A DNA stretch of 64,000 nucleotides from Cyanidioschyzon merolae (taxonomy: Eukaryota), in the NCBI GenBank assembly GCA_000091205.1, contig AP006494.2, one strand, 5' to 3'. The notes under the pieces were generated by a model. It did not search any database and was not told where the DNA came from. It worked only from the letters and a program-made list of their open reading frames with translations. This document shows positions 9,689-20,487 of this stretch, one piece after another. The translations under genes and the position numbers were made by a program. The stretch's first letter is position 1, and each line of letters opens with the position of its first letter.

Positions 9689-12600
9689 CTACAGTCCAGA
9701 ACGCGACGTCTGTGACGCACTGTCCGAGCTCGACGCCACCGGGTGACGCCTGCTGGGGACGCTACTGCTCCGACCGCTGGTGGCGCTTCGTGCTCGACTA
9801 ACTCGAGCCATGTCGAGGTTCATCGCCTCGAGACTGTCCAGATTACGAAAGGAGAAATCGGAAAAAGCGGGATCTGCCAAGGTAAGCACGCATTGCGATT
9901 CACTCGATGAGGGTCTGTTTGCCTTGTAGCGTGCTCGTCGGCCAGATTTGGCAAGGTTCACATTCGGATCGCTATAACTCGCTTCTGGTGGCCTTTCCGA
10001 AGACGAAACCCCAGCGCTCGCCTGAACTGGTGCGCTGCCCTCGCGTCCTATATTGGAACGCGCTAGCGTAGCTCGTCGAAAAGGATCCACGGCGTTGTTG
10101 TTGTTGTTGTTGAAATCGTCGTCGTCGTCGTCGTCGTCGTCGTTCTCGATATCGCCCTCACTACACAGGTTCGAGTCGCTACTTGAATCTTCGAATAAAA
10201 GCATACCGTCGCTGGTATTCCAAACATTGCGCGTGGGTGTTGTTGCCGCAACAACTGCTACGCTCGTCGCGTCGCTACCACGCAAACGCACATTGGATGA
10301 ACGTAGAACGCTTGGACTGGTGCATACCGATGCCGATCGTTCTCGATTCTGTTCATCGGCGGACGTGCTGACCGACGGATCCCGTTCTGTTTCCGAAAGC
10401 CAGCCGCGTGTAGGCGCTCGTCGACGCAAACAATGCTGCAAGAGCTGCTCCCGGGAGCGTTGCCGTCGATTGCGTAGGGTCCGCATGTCGACGCGTCGCC
10501 ACCCTGTTTCCGTCGAGCAAGTCGCAGACGATGACCAGCTCGGTACTTCCGTCTGTTTCCAGTCCATTTCCGGATGCGAAGTTTCCGACTGAGTTCCAGC
10601 TGGCTCCGAAGGCATCGCCGAAGCCGCTGCACCAGTGTTCCCCGAGACTCCCACGGCATGAGGCGAATCCGGTACCGCGACGATTTGCGTCGCTCTACCC
10701 AAAGCGCCGTCGGAGTCAGTGCTTACGTCGCCTGTTCCTGCTATCGACGTCGCCTCTGAGAGCGTCTCCTGCCCCTGAGTGCGCGTCGTGTGAGCGATGG
10801 AGCAATCGGCGGATATCCGTTGCGTCTTGTCTGCATCGAGCTCATGCTCGGGTACCGTGTACGAGAGAGACCATCCCGGGCGGTGCCGATAGAGCCCGTC
10901 AGCGCATGGCGCATCTCGGACCTGATCCTCAATGCCTTCTGCCGAATCTGTTGCCTGGCTCGATGTTGTGATGCCGCTCACCACGATCTGGTCGCTTAGG
11001 GACGAGTTCTCCGCGTTCACTGCATGCAGCAACCGCTGCGGCATAGTTTCCGCTCCCGAACGGGACAAAGGCTCCATGGATACCCCTGCAAGCGCCGTAC
11101 CATCGCTCCAGCGACACGCTCGCTCTGCAACCAATACCGACTCGTTGTGTTCGCATGTCGTATCTATAGCACTTTGCTCTCGGACAGACGATGAAGATAA
11201 TACAGGGCGCTCGGCATCATGTGAAACGGCAGGCAAAGCCGGGATCCCCAGATCGAGCGCTCCCGATGCAGCACACGGCGACGAGCGCGGTGCCGGCTCT
11301 CGTATGCCGCCAGGCGCCGCTGGTGCTCTGGAGACACCGTAGCAGCACGCGCTGCTCGAGGTCGCAAGTGGCTCTGTGGAACAAACTTTCCCATATGTAG
11401 AACAGTGCATGCCGCACGCCGCAGTGCCCTCATCGGCGCTACGCCAGTCGCCATCCGTGGGATTTTCCCGCGGCCAGCAATCCGCCGTAGCGCACCAGCG
11501 CATCATGACCTTCTGTCCACCCTGTCGCATTTCAAGATGCGCTGCTACGTCACTCCAGCGAGGCTCCGAAGCGTGCACAGACTGTCCACCCTGTCGCATT
11601 TCAGGATGCGCTGCTACGTCACTCCAGCGAGGCTCCGAAGCGTGCAGAGCCTCGGATGACGCGATCGCTGCGGTGCGTGTCTCGGGGACACGCATCCGTG
11701 ACGACGACGACAACGACAACGGCACGGACGCAACATGCGACTTCGAGGCCGTCACCAGCAACGGCAATGCTTCTGCTCGTTCTACGTCGCCCAGGCCGTG
11801 CTCGCTAAGCGTTCTCATTAGTTTCTGGGTGCTCTCGTCGTCAGGAGAGAGCGATCCGACCGCTTTGCGCGACGAAAAGTAGCTGGTGTCATCGGCGGCA
11901 GCAAACTGGGGTACGAAAGCCGGTGGCTGATTCCTTACATGCTCAAAATCAACATCGCGGAAAAAGGGATGGGCTTTCACCTCTGCTGCACCACGAGCAC
12001 CCAGTCTTTTGGAGGGATCCGGCTCCAAAAGACGCTGAATGAGGTCACGTGCCTCGGCACTCATGGCCTCATCGACATCGTCAGGCCACTGGATTCGACC
12101 CGACAATATGTTCGAGAAGATGCCACGCACAGAGCTCGCGTGAAAGGCAGGGATGCCCACGAGGAGCTCAAAGAGGACAACACCGAGAGCCCACCAGTCC
12201 ACAGCGAAACCGTGACCCGTTCCCAGCAGCAGCTCGGGAGCCAAATAGTCGGGAGTGCCCAGCGGCGGCTCCACAGGTGCGACCACCGTGGTGCCGCCAA
12301 CCGGGCTACCCGATTGACTCTCGGTTGCCAACGTCTGAGGTGACGGAGAACGGACACCTCTGACTCCATTCGCCCACAAGTGCCCTGTGTGGCTCTCAAA
12401 CGGACCGGCATACCCAGATCCGCCAGTGCTCGCAGCAGCCGAAAACTGACCGCGTGCATCCGACGCTGTTAGGGTGTTTTGTCGCCCGGCTGTGCGTGTG
12501 CCAGCTTGTACGGAACTCGTGGTCGTGTCCACAAGACGCATATCCACGTCACGCTGCAGGGGTACTGTGGACGAGCCTCGCTGGGTCCTGACCTCGGAAC

Positions 12601-15600
12601 CCGATCCAGACATCACGCTGACGCTCATGGAATCCATGCACAACTGACTGGAGGGTACTCCCGATGCTCCATGCATCTGTTGAGGACCAGTACCGGCACC
12701 AGCAATCGCTCCCGCACCAACCGATGTATCATACCGCGGCTTAGTTGCACCGGAGATGGCGCTCAAACCACTGACCGGTGCCTTGGCGGAGCGAGCAACG
12801 AACCCCGCCGGTGATAGTGCCCGTTGCCACAGGGTGTCGGTGCCCGGCGACAGGCTCGCTCTCGTGCTCGCAGGACTGCTGTGCGGAAGATCCAATGCCC
12901 CCTGTTTGCTTAGACCAAAGTCGGTCAATTTGATATGTCCATCCCGATCGATGAGAATGTTATCCGGCTTGAGATCACGGTGAACGATACCCGCTTGATG
13001 CAGATATTCCAAAGCGAGTACGATTTCGGCTACGTATTGTCGAGCAACATCTTCATCGAGATAGCCGAGATTGCTCAAGAGCGAGAAAAGGTCACCCCCG
13101 GGCAGAAACTCCATCACCAGAAACAATTTGCGTGCCGACTCGAACGACCAAATAAAGCGGACTACAAACGGGTTCTGGATGGTTGCCAGAATATCCCTTT
13201 CTGCACGCACGCGTCGAACGAGGTTTTTGCGCACGAGTTCGGACTTTTGAAACACCTTGATTGCGTAGAGATCACCAGTGGTTTTCTTGGACGCCAAATA
13301 CACTCTTCCGAATGCCCCGCGAGAGATTGGCTTAAGAATGTCAAAGTCGCGAATACTGGGTACCGCCGGATGCAGATGCGGACTCGCACCCACTCGTAGC
13401 GACTGCCGGGACGGGGACACTTCAGCGCCCCCGGAAGACCGCAAGCGACTCGAAGACGAATCCGAGCGATGCTGACCCTGCTTCCGACTTTGACTCGCGC
13501 CGTGCGCTTCACAAAGTGCATCCTGGAGATGATGACGACGACGACGACGGCGACTCGAACCGGTATCGGAGGAGTGCGCTGCTTCCGCAAACGCGACACC
13601 AGTGTCGGTCTTCGCCGCGTTGCCGAAGCGGATGTCGCCACCGCGATGTACATCCTCAGAGACGAGGCCACGCTCAGCATCGCATGGAGAGGCGGAATCG
13701 GCTGCATCACGTGTTTTCCAGTGAACGTGATCACAAGGCTCAACCGTAGCAGCAGCAGCAGCAGCAGCAGCGATATCGCAATTACGAGCGCTATCATCAT
13801 CAACAACAGCACCGGCACTGGCACCGGCACCGGCATGATCATCATCCGCGGCAGCGTCTTCGCTTGTGCGGCAGGAGACATCCTCCGCTGGGCGGGCTCT
13901 GCGAAGATCACTGGTCAATGCTCCCGACTCGAGGCTGCCGTCGTCAGCGGCGACAATGGCAGGTTCAAACACTGCCGGTATCATGGAAAGCGCTTCAAGC
14001 TTTTGGCTCACCAGGCAGTGTGCTCGTTCGACCAGTGCCAGACACCAGCGAGAAATCGTCGAACTAGTCGTATTGGCAGTCGCTGCCTGGCAGGCTTGCA
14101 GGGCGTGTTCCAACCGAGAACGAACGGCTTCCAGTTTCGCGCGTGCAACATTCTCCTCTAGATTCGGACGAAAGCTTGCCATATCTGAATCCGTTCGCAG
14201 ACGTAAACAAGAGCGAACTTGCTCATAGCTCTGATTCTCGAGATCATCCAGGTCAGCGGGGACAAAGCTGCTGATTCTCGTGCAACTCTCCGACGGCTCA
14301 ACTGCTGCGGCGTAGAGGCAGAGTTTTGCCACGCGCGATAGCAGCGCCTGCTGCGCACTGTCCACAGAAGCAGTAGACACGTCGCCCGCGGGTGCTTCGG
14401 TGAACGCTGAAGAGGTCGCTGCGCGAGCCCCGTGTCGTCCCAGTTTCTCGAGCTGCTTATCGCAGGCAGCAATGAGCACCGCTGCACGCGCTCGCGCTGC
14501 ACAGCATTTGGTGTGCTCCTCGAAGATCTCACACGGGTAGACTTCCTCACAGATGCGGCAAATGAGATAGGCATACGGATCCGTGACTTCTTCGTTTTCT
14601 TCCACGGCGTCCGCGTCCTTCTCGATTGCCTCTTCGTCTTCGTTGGAAATGAATTCCGCTCCAGAACACGGGGATGGCGGCATCGCGGTTTGTAGTGAAA
14701 CTGGGGTTTGTGAGCGAGCCGCAGGTAGCTGGATCAGTTTCGCGGTGGTGTTCTCTGGTCGGTGCAAGCCGCCAGCGTCGGCTTCTGTTGTTCGCACTTT
14801 CGCTAGCTCATTGGTTTCGTTGTTGTTGTTGTTGTTGTTGGTGTTGTTTTCTGCTGCGGGCGCTCCTTTTTCAGATAGGTTAGAGACGTCGAATGGCCCA
14901 TGGACTCGGAGCGAAAGGTTTCCCTCACGACCAGTGGTTTGCAGCGCTCTCATCGCTCGGACTGGATGCACATGAATCGCCTCATTCCGGGCAGCTAGCG
15001 CGACCGTATCAGAGCTGTAGCCTCGCTGAGCTTGTGTCTTACCAGTCAGCAGGGTCGCAAGTACCCCAGCAGGCAGCGATGGACGCTCGGCGGGCGTGGA
15101 ACGCTGCGTCGCCTCCGAAGCTGCTGCTTGCAACCCGGGGGCGTTGCTGCTCCCCGAGTGTACCAGAGTCTGCGAAGAACTCGGTTCTGTCAAGCGTTGC
15201 GTGTGACGCGACTTGTCGTCGTCGTCGTCGTCGTCGGGTTCAGCGCGCAGTTGCGTCGTGTCTGCTTCCGACTTTTCTAGATGCGTCGCAGGCGCCAGCA
15301 CTGCGATTCTATTGGGGTCTCGTTCGACTCCCAGACGCATCGTAGTCGCTTGAGCAACGCCTTGTGCTCCTGTCTCGCGTGCATGTTGTCGTGGACGTAT
15401 GCTCGTAAATAAATGCACATCTGAATTCGCCAAGTTCGGTGGCGAGCGCGGCCTCGTTTCCATGGATGACAGGCATACCGAGGAAACACAACGACGCGGC
15501 GGAAACGTCCAAGCATCTCGTGCAACCGCTATCGAAGGCTGCGGTTTGGCCCAAGGCGCCGGTTCATGAACACGTGCTGCAGCATTCGAGTCTTCCAGTG

Positions 15601-17599
15601 CGCGCTGCGCTTCCGATGTAGGTTCCGTTCGCTCGTAATACGCTGCAGCATACGAGTCTTCCACTGCGCGCTGTGCTCCTGCTGCAGGTTCAGCGACATG
15701 GTTGCTCAGGCTCGACTTGAGCGATATCCGGCCTGCCGCTACTGTAGCAGTTGACAGCTGCGTGCCCGGCTCTATAAAACGCTCATCCGCGGTTCCCGAT
15801 GACCACGACGAGGCATGAGCAGCGTCAGCCGGATCTATGTGCTCCGAACCGAAACCCTTCCCAGTCGACTGAGACATTCGCGTTCGGCGGGTGCCGCTCC
15901 CGCGCTGGCTGTTGCTCTCCGCCCGAAATTCAATGCGCTCAGCGGCTGCTTCGAGGAAACGCGTCAGCCTCGATAGCGTGAAGAGGAGGTGAATCACCGG
16001 CGAGGAGCGATGCGTCCACGAGACAAAGCTTACATGCATCCGCATTCGTTGCAGTTCATTCACGTACTCATGCAGATTGCCGCTGAATGCTATTACGGTT
16101 GAATGGCCCCGTGATACAAACGTTTCCGCCAATAACGCATCAGCGGACGTTGCCAACACGGCGGATGCAATATCCATCATACGGCGAACAGCTTTGCTGA
16201 GCTCGGGTGTCTCCTGCCCCTGCTGAAGTTCTGCTTCGCATTGTGCCATAAACTGCGCCAGCTCGTGATCAGTCTCCTTCTTGATCGCCTGTAACCGTCC
16301 ACGGATAGTTGACACGTTACCAGAGACAGCAAAATAACCCAAAGCACCCGCTAATAAGGCAGAATACGCATTGCCCCCCGAGGCGGCCGCAGTTGCAGGT
16401 GCCGCACCGGTGCCGATCGGGCTCGCCCATGACGCTGTGCGGTGTAGGCGTCTTGTAGTGCGTCGTCCCGCTTGTGTATGGCCCTCCATAAGACGCACCT
16501 GGTGCCACTGGAGCGTCGGCGTTGTAGCCTGGTCCGATGGACCGAGCCATCCGGTGCCGGCAGTGGACCACGATGTTGCCGCAACGCCGCCAGCGCCGAT
16601 CATTCGCCTCCAAGCGGATGCCACTGGGATTTCCCATCGATTTTGCGGCACTTTTTCATGCTCTTGCCGATGATGATAATGGTACTGATGGTGCTGATGA
16701 GCATCATGCTCGCTCTCACGATATTGTCGTCGGTGCGAATACCGATAGCGTAGGCGATGCGGGTCGCATCCCGCCAGTGACGTTGACTCGGGTGGCTCCA
16801 TCCGAAGGAGCATCACGTCTTGGTTGCTGCGCAGTTCGGTCGGAAGCGATGCACTCACGATGTGAGCGTCAGCGGGCTCAGAGTCGCTACTGGGCGCTTC
16901 GCAGCGTGCATCACTCACCAGTAATCGCTGTGACTTGGCAAACGCCTCCGATCGACGTCTTTCCCCAGAGGCTTTGCGTCGTTCGATCCGGGTAGTCTGA
17001 TCGCTCATCCGTGCCCTTCCAGTAGACTCCGCTTCGTCATCATCATCATCATCATCATCACCGTCACCATCGTGATCAGCCAGTTGTTGCAGCCGAGCGA
17101 AAACGGGAACGTCTCCGGTCGCCGCTGGGAACCCATCCGCTTCAACCGCTGCCTGCAGTGCTGCCACGTTGTCAACGCTTACAGGAGTCGAGCTCGCGTG
17201 CTTTATTGTCTCGTTAGAGAGCATCCAACTATCTTCGCGGCTTTCGGCGCCAGCGAGATAACCTTCCAAGCCGCTCGAGTCTGAGCTCCAGCCCGAGTTC
17301 CGTCTGAGGTCGAGCGCGTAGCGCTCCGCCAAGAGCTGCGCTGTTGTCTGTGGTCGTTCAACTGGAACGCTTACACCGACAGCGGTCAGCGCGCTCTGTA
17401 GCGACTGAACCTGGCGCTCGGTGGCGGCATCGCTTACCGGGTCAGCGACAGGCACGTCGCTTGCCTGCGCACCTGTGTCTACGCAAGCGCACTCACTACC
17501 TGGGACGTGCACCGGCTCATCAACGTGCGCACGCTCGCTCTCGTTCGCACCTGCTCGCATCCAAAGACGCGATGACGTCCACGATCGCAGGTTCCACAC
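9689..17599 (-). CDS. Giant (2636 aa) Greatwall/Rim15/MAST-like AGC protein kinase with long low-complexity arms
   Basis: A single uninterrupted 7.9-kb ORF. The kinase domain lies at about 13350-11900 ([16 protein letters not shown] ... [12 protein letters not shown] ... DFGLSK). An approximately 215-aa insertion separates DFG (about 12910) from GTPDYLAPE (about 12250), the hallmark of Greatwall/Rim15. [15 protein letters not shown] tail. A Cys-rich [21 protein letters not shown] motif sits at about 14470-14580. Confidence 0.8.
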   Translation of the reverse strand: MWNLRSWTSSRLWMRAGANESERAHVDEPVHVPGSECACVDTGAQASDVPVADPVSDAATERQVQSLQSALTAVGVSVPVERPQTTAQLLAERYALDLRRNSGWSSDSSGLEGYLAGAESREDSWMLSNETIKHASSTPVSVDNVAALQAAVEADGFPAATGDVPVFARLQQLADHDGDGDDDDDDDDEAESTGRARMSDQTTRIERRKASGERRRSEAFAKSQRLLVSDARCEAPSSDSEPADAHIVSASLPTELRSNQDVMLLRMEPPESTSLAGCDPHRLRYRYSHRRQYRESEHDAHQHHQYHYHHRQEHEKVPQNRWEIPVASAWRRMIGAGGVAATSWSTAGTGWLGPSDQATTPTLQWHQVRLMEGHTQAGRRTTRRLHRTASWASPIGTGAAPATAAASGGNAYSALLAGALGYFAVSGNVSTIRGRLQAIKKETDHELAQFMAQCEAELQQGQETPELSKAVRRMMDIASAVLATSADALLAETFVSRGHSTVIAFSGNLHEYVNELQRMRMHVSFVSWTHRSSPVIHLLFTLSRLTRFLEAAAERIEFRAESNSQRGSGTRRTRMSQSTGKGFGSEHIDPADAAHASSWSSGTADERFIEPGTQLSTATVAAGRISLKSSLSNHVAEPAAGAQRAVEDSYAAAYYERTEPTSEAQRALEDSNAAARVHEPAPWAKPQPSIAVARDAWTFPPRRCVSSVCLSSMETRPRSPPNLANSDVHLFTSIRPRQHARETGAQGVAQATTMRLGVERDPNRIAVLAPATHLEKSEADTTQLRAEPDDDDDDDKSRHTQRLTEPSSSQTLVHSGSSNAPGLQAAASEATQRSTPAERPSLPAGVLATLLTGKTQAQRGYSSDTVALAARNEAIHVHPVRAMRALQTTGREGNLSLRVHGPFDVSNLSEKGAPAAENNTNNNNNNNETNELAKVRTTEADAGGLHRPENTTAKLIQLPAARSQTPVSLQTAMPPSPCSGAEFISNEDEEAIEKDADAVEENEEVTDPYAYLICRICEEVYPCEIFEEHTKCCAARARAAVLIAACDKQLEKLGRHGARAATSSAFTEAPAGDVSTASVDSAQQALLSRVAKLCLYAAAVEPSESCTRISSFVPADLDDLENQSYEQVRSCLRLRTDSDMASFRPNLEENVARAKLEAVRSRLEHALQACQAATANTTSSTISRWCLALVERAHCLVSQKLEALSMIPAVFEPAIVAADDGSLESGALTSDLRRARPAEDVSCRTSEDAAADDDHAGAGASAGAVVDDDSARNCDIAAAAAAAATVEPCDHVHWKTRDAADSASPCDAERGLVSEDVHRGGDIRFGNAAKTDTGVAFAEAAHSSDTGSSRRRRRRHHLQDALCEAHGASQSRKQGQHRSDSSSSRLRSSGGAEVSPSRQSLRVGASPHLHPAVPSIRDFDILKPISRGAFGRVYLASKKTTGDLYAIKVFQKSELVRKNLVRRVRAERDILATIQNPFVVRFIWSFESARKLFLVMEFLPGGDLFSLLSNLGYLDEDVARQYVAEIVLALEYLHQAGIVHRDLKPDNILIDRDGHIKLTDFGLSKQGALDLPHSSPASTRASLSPGTDTLWQRALSPAGFVARSAKAPVSGLSAISGATKPRYDTSVGAGAIAGAGTGPQQMHGASGVPSSQLCMDSMSVSVMSGSGSEVRTQRGSSTVPLQRDVDMRLVDTTTSSVQAGTRTAGRQNTLTASDARGQFSAAASTGGSGYAGPFESHTGHLWANGVRGVRSPSPQTLATESQSGSPVGGTTVVAPVEPPLGTPDYLAPELLLGTGHGFAVDWWALGVVLFELLVGIPAFHASSVRGIFSNILSGRIQWPDDVDEAMSAEARDLIQRLLEPDPSKRLGARGAAEVKAHPFFRDVDFEHVRNQPPAFVPQFAAADDTSYFSSRKAVGSLSPDDESTQKLMRTLSEHGLGDVERAEALPLLVTASKSHVASVPLSLSSSSRMRVPETRTAAIASSEALHASEPRWSDVAAHPEMRQGGQSVHASEPRWSDVAAHLEMRQGGQKVMMRWCATADCWPRENPTDGDWRSADEGTAACGMHCSTYGKVCSTEPLATSSSACCYGVSRAPAAPGGIREPAPRSSPCAASGALDLGIPALPAVSHDAERPVLSSSSVREQSAIDTTCEHNESVLVAERACRWSDGTALAGVSMEPLSRSGAETMPQRLLHAVNAENSSLSDQIVVSGITTSSQATDSAEGIEDQVRDAPCADGLYRHRPGWSLSYTVPEHELDADKTQRISADCSIAHTTRTQGQETLSEATSIAGTGDVSTDSDGALGRATQIVAVPDSPHAVGVSGNTGAAASAMPSEPAGTQSETSHPEMDWKQTEVPSWSSSATCSTETGWRRVDMRTLRNRRQRSREQLLQHCLRRRAPTRGWLSETERDPSVSTSADEQNRERSASVCTSPSVLRSSNVRLRGSDATSVAVVAATTPTRNVWNTSDGMLLFEDSSSDSNLCSEGDIENDDDDDDDDDFNNNNNNAVDPFRRATLARSNIGREGSAPVQASAGVSSSERPPEASYSDPNVNLAKSGRRARYKANRPSSSESQCVLTLADPAFSDFSFRNLDSLEAMNLDMARVSRARSATSGRSSSVPSRRHPVASSSDSASQTSRSGL
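10094..10143. repeat. Coding microsatellite (GTT)n then (GTC)n inside giant kinase gene (encodes poly-Asn/poly-Asp on minus strand)
   Basis: gttgttgttgttgttgttg followed by gtcgtcgtcgtcgtcgtcgtcgtcg, read directly. Similar runs occur at 14820-14850, 15215-15235, 17040-17065 and 13760-13790. Confidence 0.9.
11513..11650. repeat. In-frame 69-bp tandem duplication (2 copies) inside giant kinase gene
   Basis: ctgtccaccctgtcgcatttca[a/g]gatgcgctgctacgtcactccagcgaggctccgaagcgtgca repeated back-to-back. It yields [12 protein letters not shown][P/L]EMRQGGQ twice in the protein. Confidence 0.8.
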
Positions 17600-18799
17600 A
17601 AAATAGTGACAGCAAGCACCTGCTCACGGCTTTTCGTACGGTGTGGCCGCCGCAGAAGCCCCGCTCGCCGGCGATGGCAACACACCGGAAACGACACTGG
17701 CCCCCGTGTTTCTCTGGAGTGCTGCTGCTGAGACCCCAATGGGTTCACAGCCAATACCAGCTGTTACAGCGTCCGCGTATTCGGTGTTCGCTGTCTCGAG
17801 CTGGCAGCGCAGTGCGCGAGGAGTACCAGATGGGCCCGTTTCAAGCTGCCCTGCGAGTGCCACGACGGTATTGTCCAGGTTGTCGTGAGGCACTGGGATG
17901 GACAGATTGGGAAATGGGACAGATTTGCCATCTGAGTGACTGCGGCGGCGGCGGCGGCGGCGGCGGGATCTCGACTTTGCGCATCGATCTGCGATCTGGG
18001 ATTTTTTCTCAGATGTCAAAAAGTGCCCAGTGATCAGGGATCCCAGATTGCGGGATGGGTAGGTATTCGTTATCGAAAAAGCGTCCATGATGCTTCACGA
18101 TACCTCCAAGTTCCATTACTTGTGCTTCCGCTAGGATGCACTGGTCGTTTCGTACGTTCTATCGAGCGCTAAGTGTCTGCTTTGCTGCACCCTGCTGAAG
18201 CGTCTACACCGACAGAGCAGATGCTGCGCGGAGACAGCGCGGCGTTGCTGTACCACTGATGACTTCGGCTCGAGGCGCGGTCCATCTGATAAGGGATCAG
18301 GATTCATGATCATTCTGGGATCCAGCGATCTGCGTAGACAGACGCACTGGCTGCGGCAGCGCGAAGCGATATGCTACGAGATAATCGTCATATTGGCGAC
18401 GCCCAGACGCAGTCTAAGTGTACCTGGTCTCGGAATAAACCGCGTTGCCGACGAGTTACTCAGATCTCAATAGAGTACTAGGCACTGGGTGCAGCATGGA
18501 GCACCAGCCTGGCAGACTTGTCCGGCTCGCAGGACATTCCGCCTGGAAGGTAAACGTTCGAAATATGGAAACATTTCCCCCCTTTGAACGTTTACCGTAG
18601 AGGGGAAAGAACATTTTATCCAGTTGGTAGTTAGTCCTTGGTTTATGATCCGTTTTGTACATGGTGCGCTCGAGATGCGCACACCCATATCTGGCAGGCA
18701 TGCGACCTAGCATGTGCATCTCGCCGCTGAGGGGAAACGCGAACCTGATCATGAGCGTATTGCTCTGACTAACAAGATGTATTTGCGTTCAAGGCACAA

Positions 18800-19915
18800 G
18801 AGAGTATGTTTTTCTCAGTTCAATTGTGTGTCAGCTCTCAAGTGAGTGTATTCGAGCGATTTTTCGCGGGTTGTAGCAGAAGCTTTCAAAGTGCGTTGTT
18901 TTGAAAAATAGTCGAGATAAATCGGGAAAAATATGGTTGTAGAAGTGGAGGATCCTGGAGGGCCCCGTATCGCCGGCTGCCGCAAAAAAAAACCGAAGAA
19001 CAGTGCCAACCAAAGAGGAACAACACAGGACCAGGAAGCAAGGCGGCGAGGGCCGACACCAAAACCTGCAGGGAAAACGACAGTACGACGAGATGGAAGT
19101 GAAAGCCTGTCTTTTACGCTGCGTCAAGGATCCGTGCAGGGCAAAGTTGCAAGAGGGCATCAGAAACCGTGTCGATTCGTACTCCAGGAGTATTGGAAAG
19201 GCCTGTTCAGGAATGATGCATGTGGTGAAGGTGATGTGTCGCGACGTGACGGACATCCAAACCGTCGAGGTTCCGGACGAGATTTTCGGCAAGACCTTCA
19301 TTCGTCACCTGATGGTTGGAACAGGGGAAACGTCGAGGAGAAATGAGCGAGTTCGTGCCCTCCACGAAAATTACACCAAATACCGCTCCAACGATACTCG
19401 ATACACGGGAGACTCGCGTATTTACGAATACGGGGCGATCAAGTACCTCACGAACCTGAAGAACCACGTGACCATGAACCTCAAAGGCTTCATGATACGC
19501 TCCGTCTTTGCCCTCGACCCGGAGCTGTCTCGCATAGGGATACGGGCCATCATCGACGGCATCAAGAACGATAGTCGGAATGAACAGGAGATCGAATTTG
19601 CCGACAAGAAGACATCACGCAGAGGAAAGAATGAACCTTCTGGAATCCCTGCGGCTATTCAGGAGCACCGTGCAGACTCGGGGCTTGTCAACCCAGCGGA
19701 TAAAGTATCAGAGATGAAAAAGATGACGAAAGATTTTATCCCCGCGTCCAGCGCTATTCCGTGTTTTTGGAGCGAGAACTCGAACGCCAGGCGGAGATGG
19801 AGCTCACTAGGGGAATACGTGAAGATTCGGAGAAGCGGAAGGCTTTCGTAATGGGTAAGCGCTTCAACGTCATTCCATTATGCAACAGCAAGTAGCACTT
19901 TGTGCGAATCGACGC
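18800..19915 (+). mobile_element. Fanzor-like element, 5' part only (left UTR plus N-terminal about 275 codons), truncated at a junction with an unrelated left-end repeat
   Basis: The 5' non-coding block (ttcaaagtgcgttgtt...) and coding sequence match 37250-38330 of the longer copy. YDEMEVKACLLRCVKDPCRAKLQEGIRNRVDSYSRSI matches YDEMVVKTFLLGHMKDPYKEKLRDAIETRVDSYSKSI, and IKYLTNLKNHVTMNLKGFM matches MKYITNLKNHLTKNLERFM. There is an internal frameshift near 19700. Confidence 0.6.
19093..19915 (+). pseudogene. Fanzor-like N-terminal coding fragment (frameshifted, truncated)
   Basis: Shares a conserved ATG (gagATGgaagtg versus gagATGgttgtg at 37481) and about 55 percent aa identity with the 37481-38330 region. 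The track ORF start at 19003 is a GTG, not ATG. Confidence 0.55.
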
Positions 19916-19917
19916 TA

Positions 19918-20140
19918 GCGTCCTTGAATGCACAAAACGACCAGTGCATCCGAGAACAGGTAATGGAACATGGAGGTAGGGCGCATCATGATGGACGCTT
20001 TCCCAAATGCTTGTACCCAGCTCGCAATCCTGGGTCCCTGGTCAACGTAAACGTTTTTTGAACAAAAATGCCTGAAGCAGCTGCATCGGGACTGCAATGC
20101 TGCCAGTATCGACCTTCGACAGTTGATAACGGAACTGGAG
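19918..20140 (+). repeat. Left-end-type repeat, copy A (solo), family shared with 36900-37080 and 57055-57330
   Basis: Three-way alignment: aaacgacc..ccgagaa..ggtaatg..ggaggtagg[g/t]gc..at[g/c]a[t/c]ggacgctttccc[a/g]aa..cg[c/a]aat[c/t]ctgggatcc[c/a]tgg..aacgt..ttg..aaaaa..., extending to aacggaactgg. Confidence 0.55.
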
Positions 20141-20487
20141 GGAAATGAGCACTCACATGAAATACACGCGAAATCTGGTATGGATGATCCCGAAGAGCGT
20201 GTCAAACTTTGAGGTTTCCAGTCGAATTTGAGAATATGTCATACTTTATGCTACCCTGGATGTATCATCGTGTACGGCACGTTCGTGGTCGACACCCCGT
20301 GTAACGCCGCACGTCGATACAACATAGCCCTTATTCTCCTCTAGACCAGTCACTGGCGGTGTACCTGTTTTGACACACGACCAAATCGAGTGTCTTACGC
20401 CTTAGTTCAAGCTCCACGGCACCAAGCGTAGTTCGTAGGCGGCCAAGTAGACAGACATGAACTGGACGCTGGCTCGCCGCGCTTGAC

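Noticed and set aside
10053-17284. Numerous 60-250-aa ORFs on the plus strand and in alternative frames overlapping the 2636-aa minus-strand gene (e.g. 10053-10592, 13162-13911, 13469-14161, 16537-16995)
   Set aside because: These are spurious open frames expected in GC-rich, repeat-rich coding DNA. Their compositions are Arg/Ser/Cys-heavy and none carries a recognisable motif, whereas the minus-strand frame carries a complete kinase domain.
18933-19346. ORF 18933-19346 and ORF 37411-37734 encode similar peptides (..KTTVRRDG..SLQGKVAR..), which might suggest a conserved small upstream protein in the Fanzor element
   Set aside because: Both are the same -1 frame relative to the Fanzor reading frame (19093 and 37481). 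Their similarity simply reflects nucleotide conservation of the element's coding 5' end. The in-frame protein alignment to the Fanzor N-terminus is much better.
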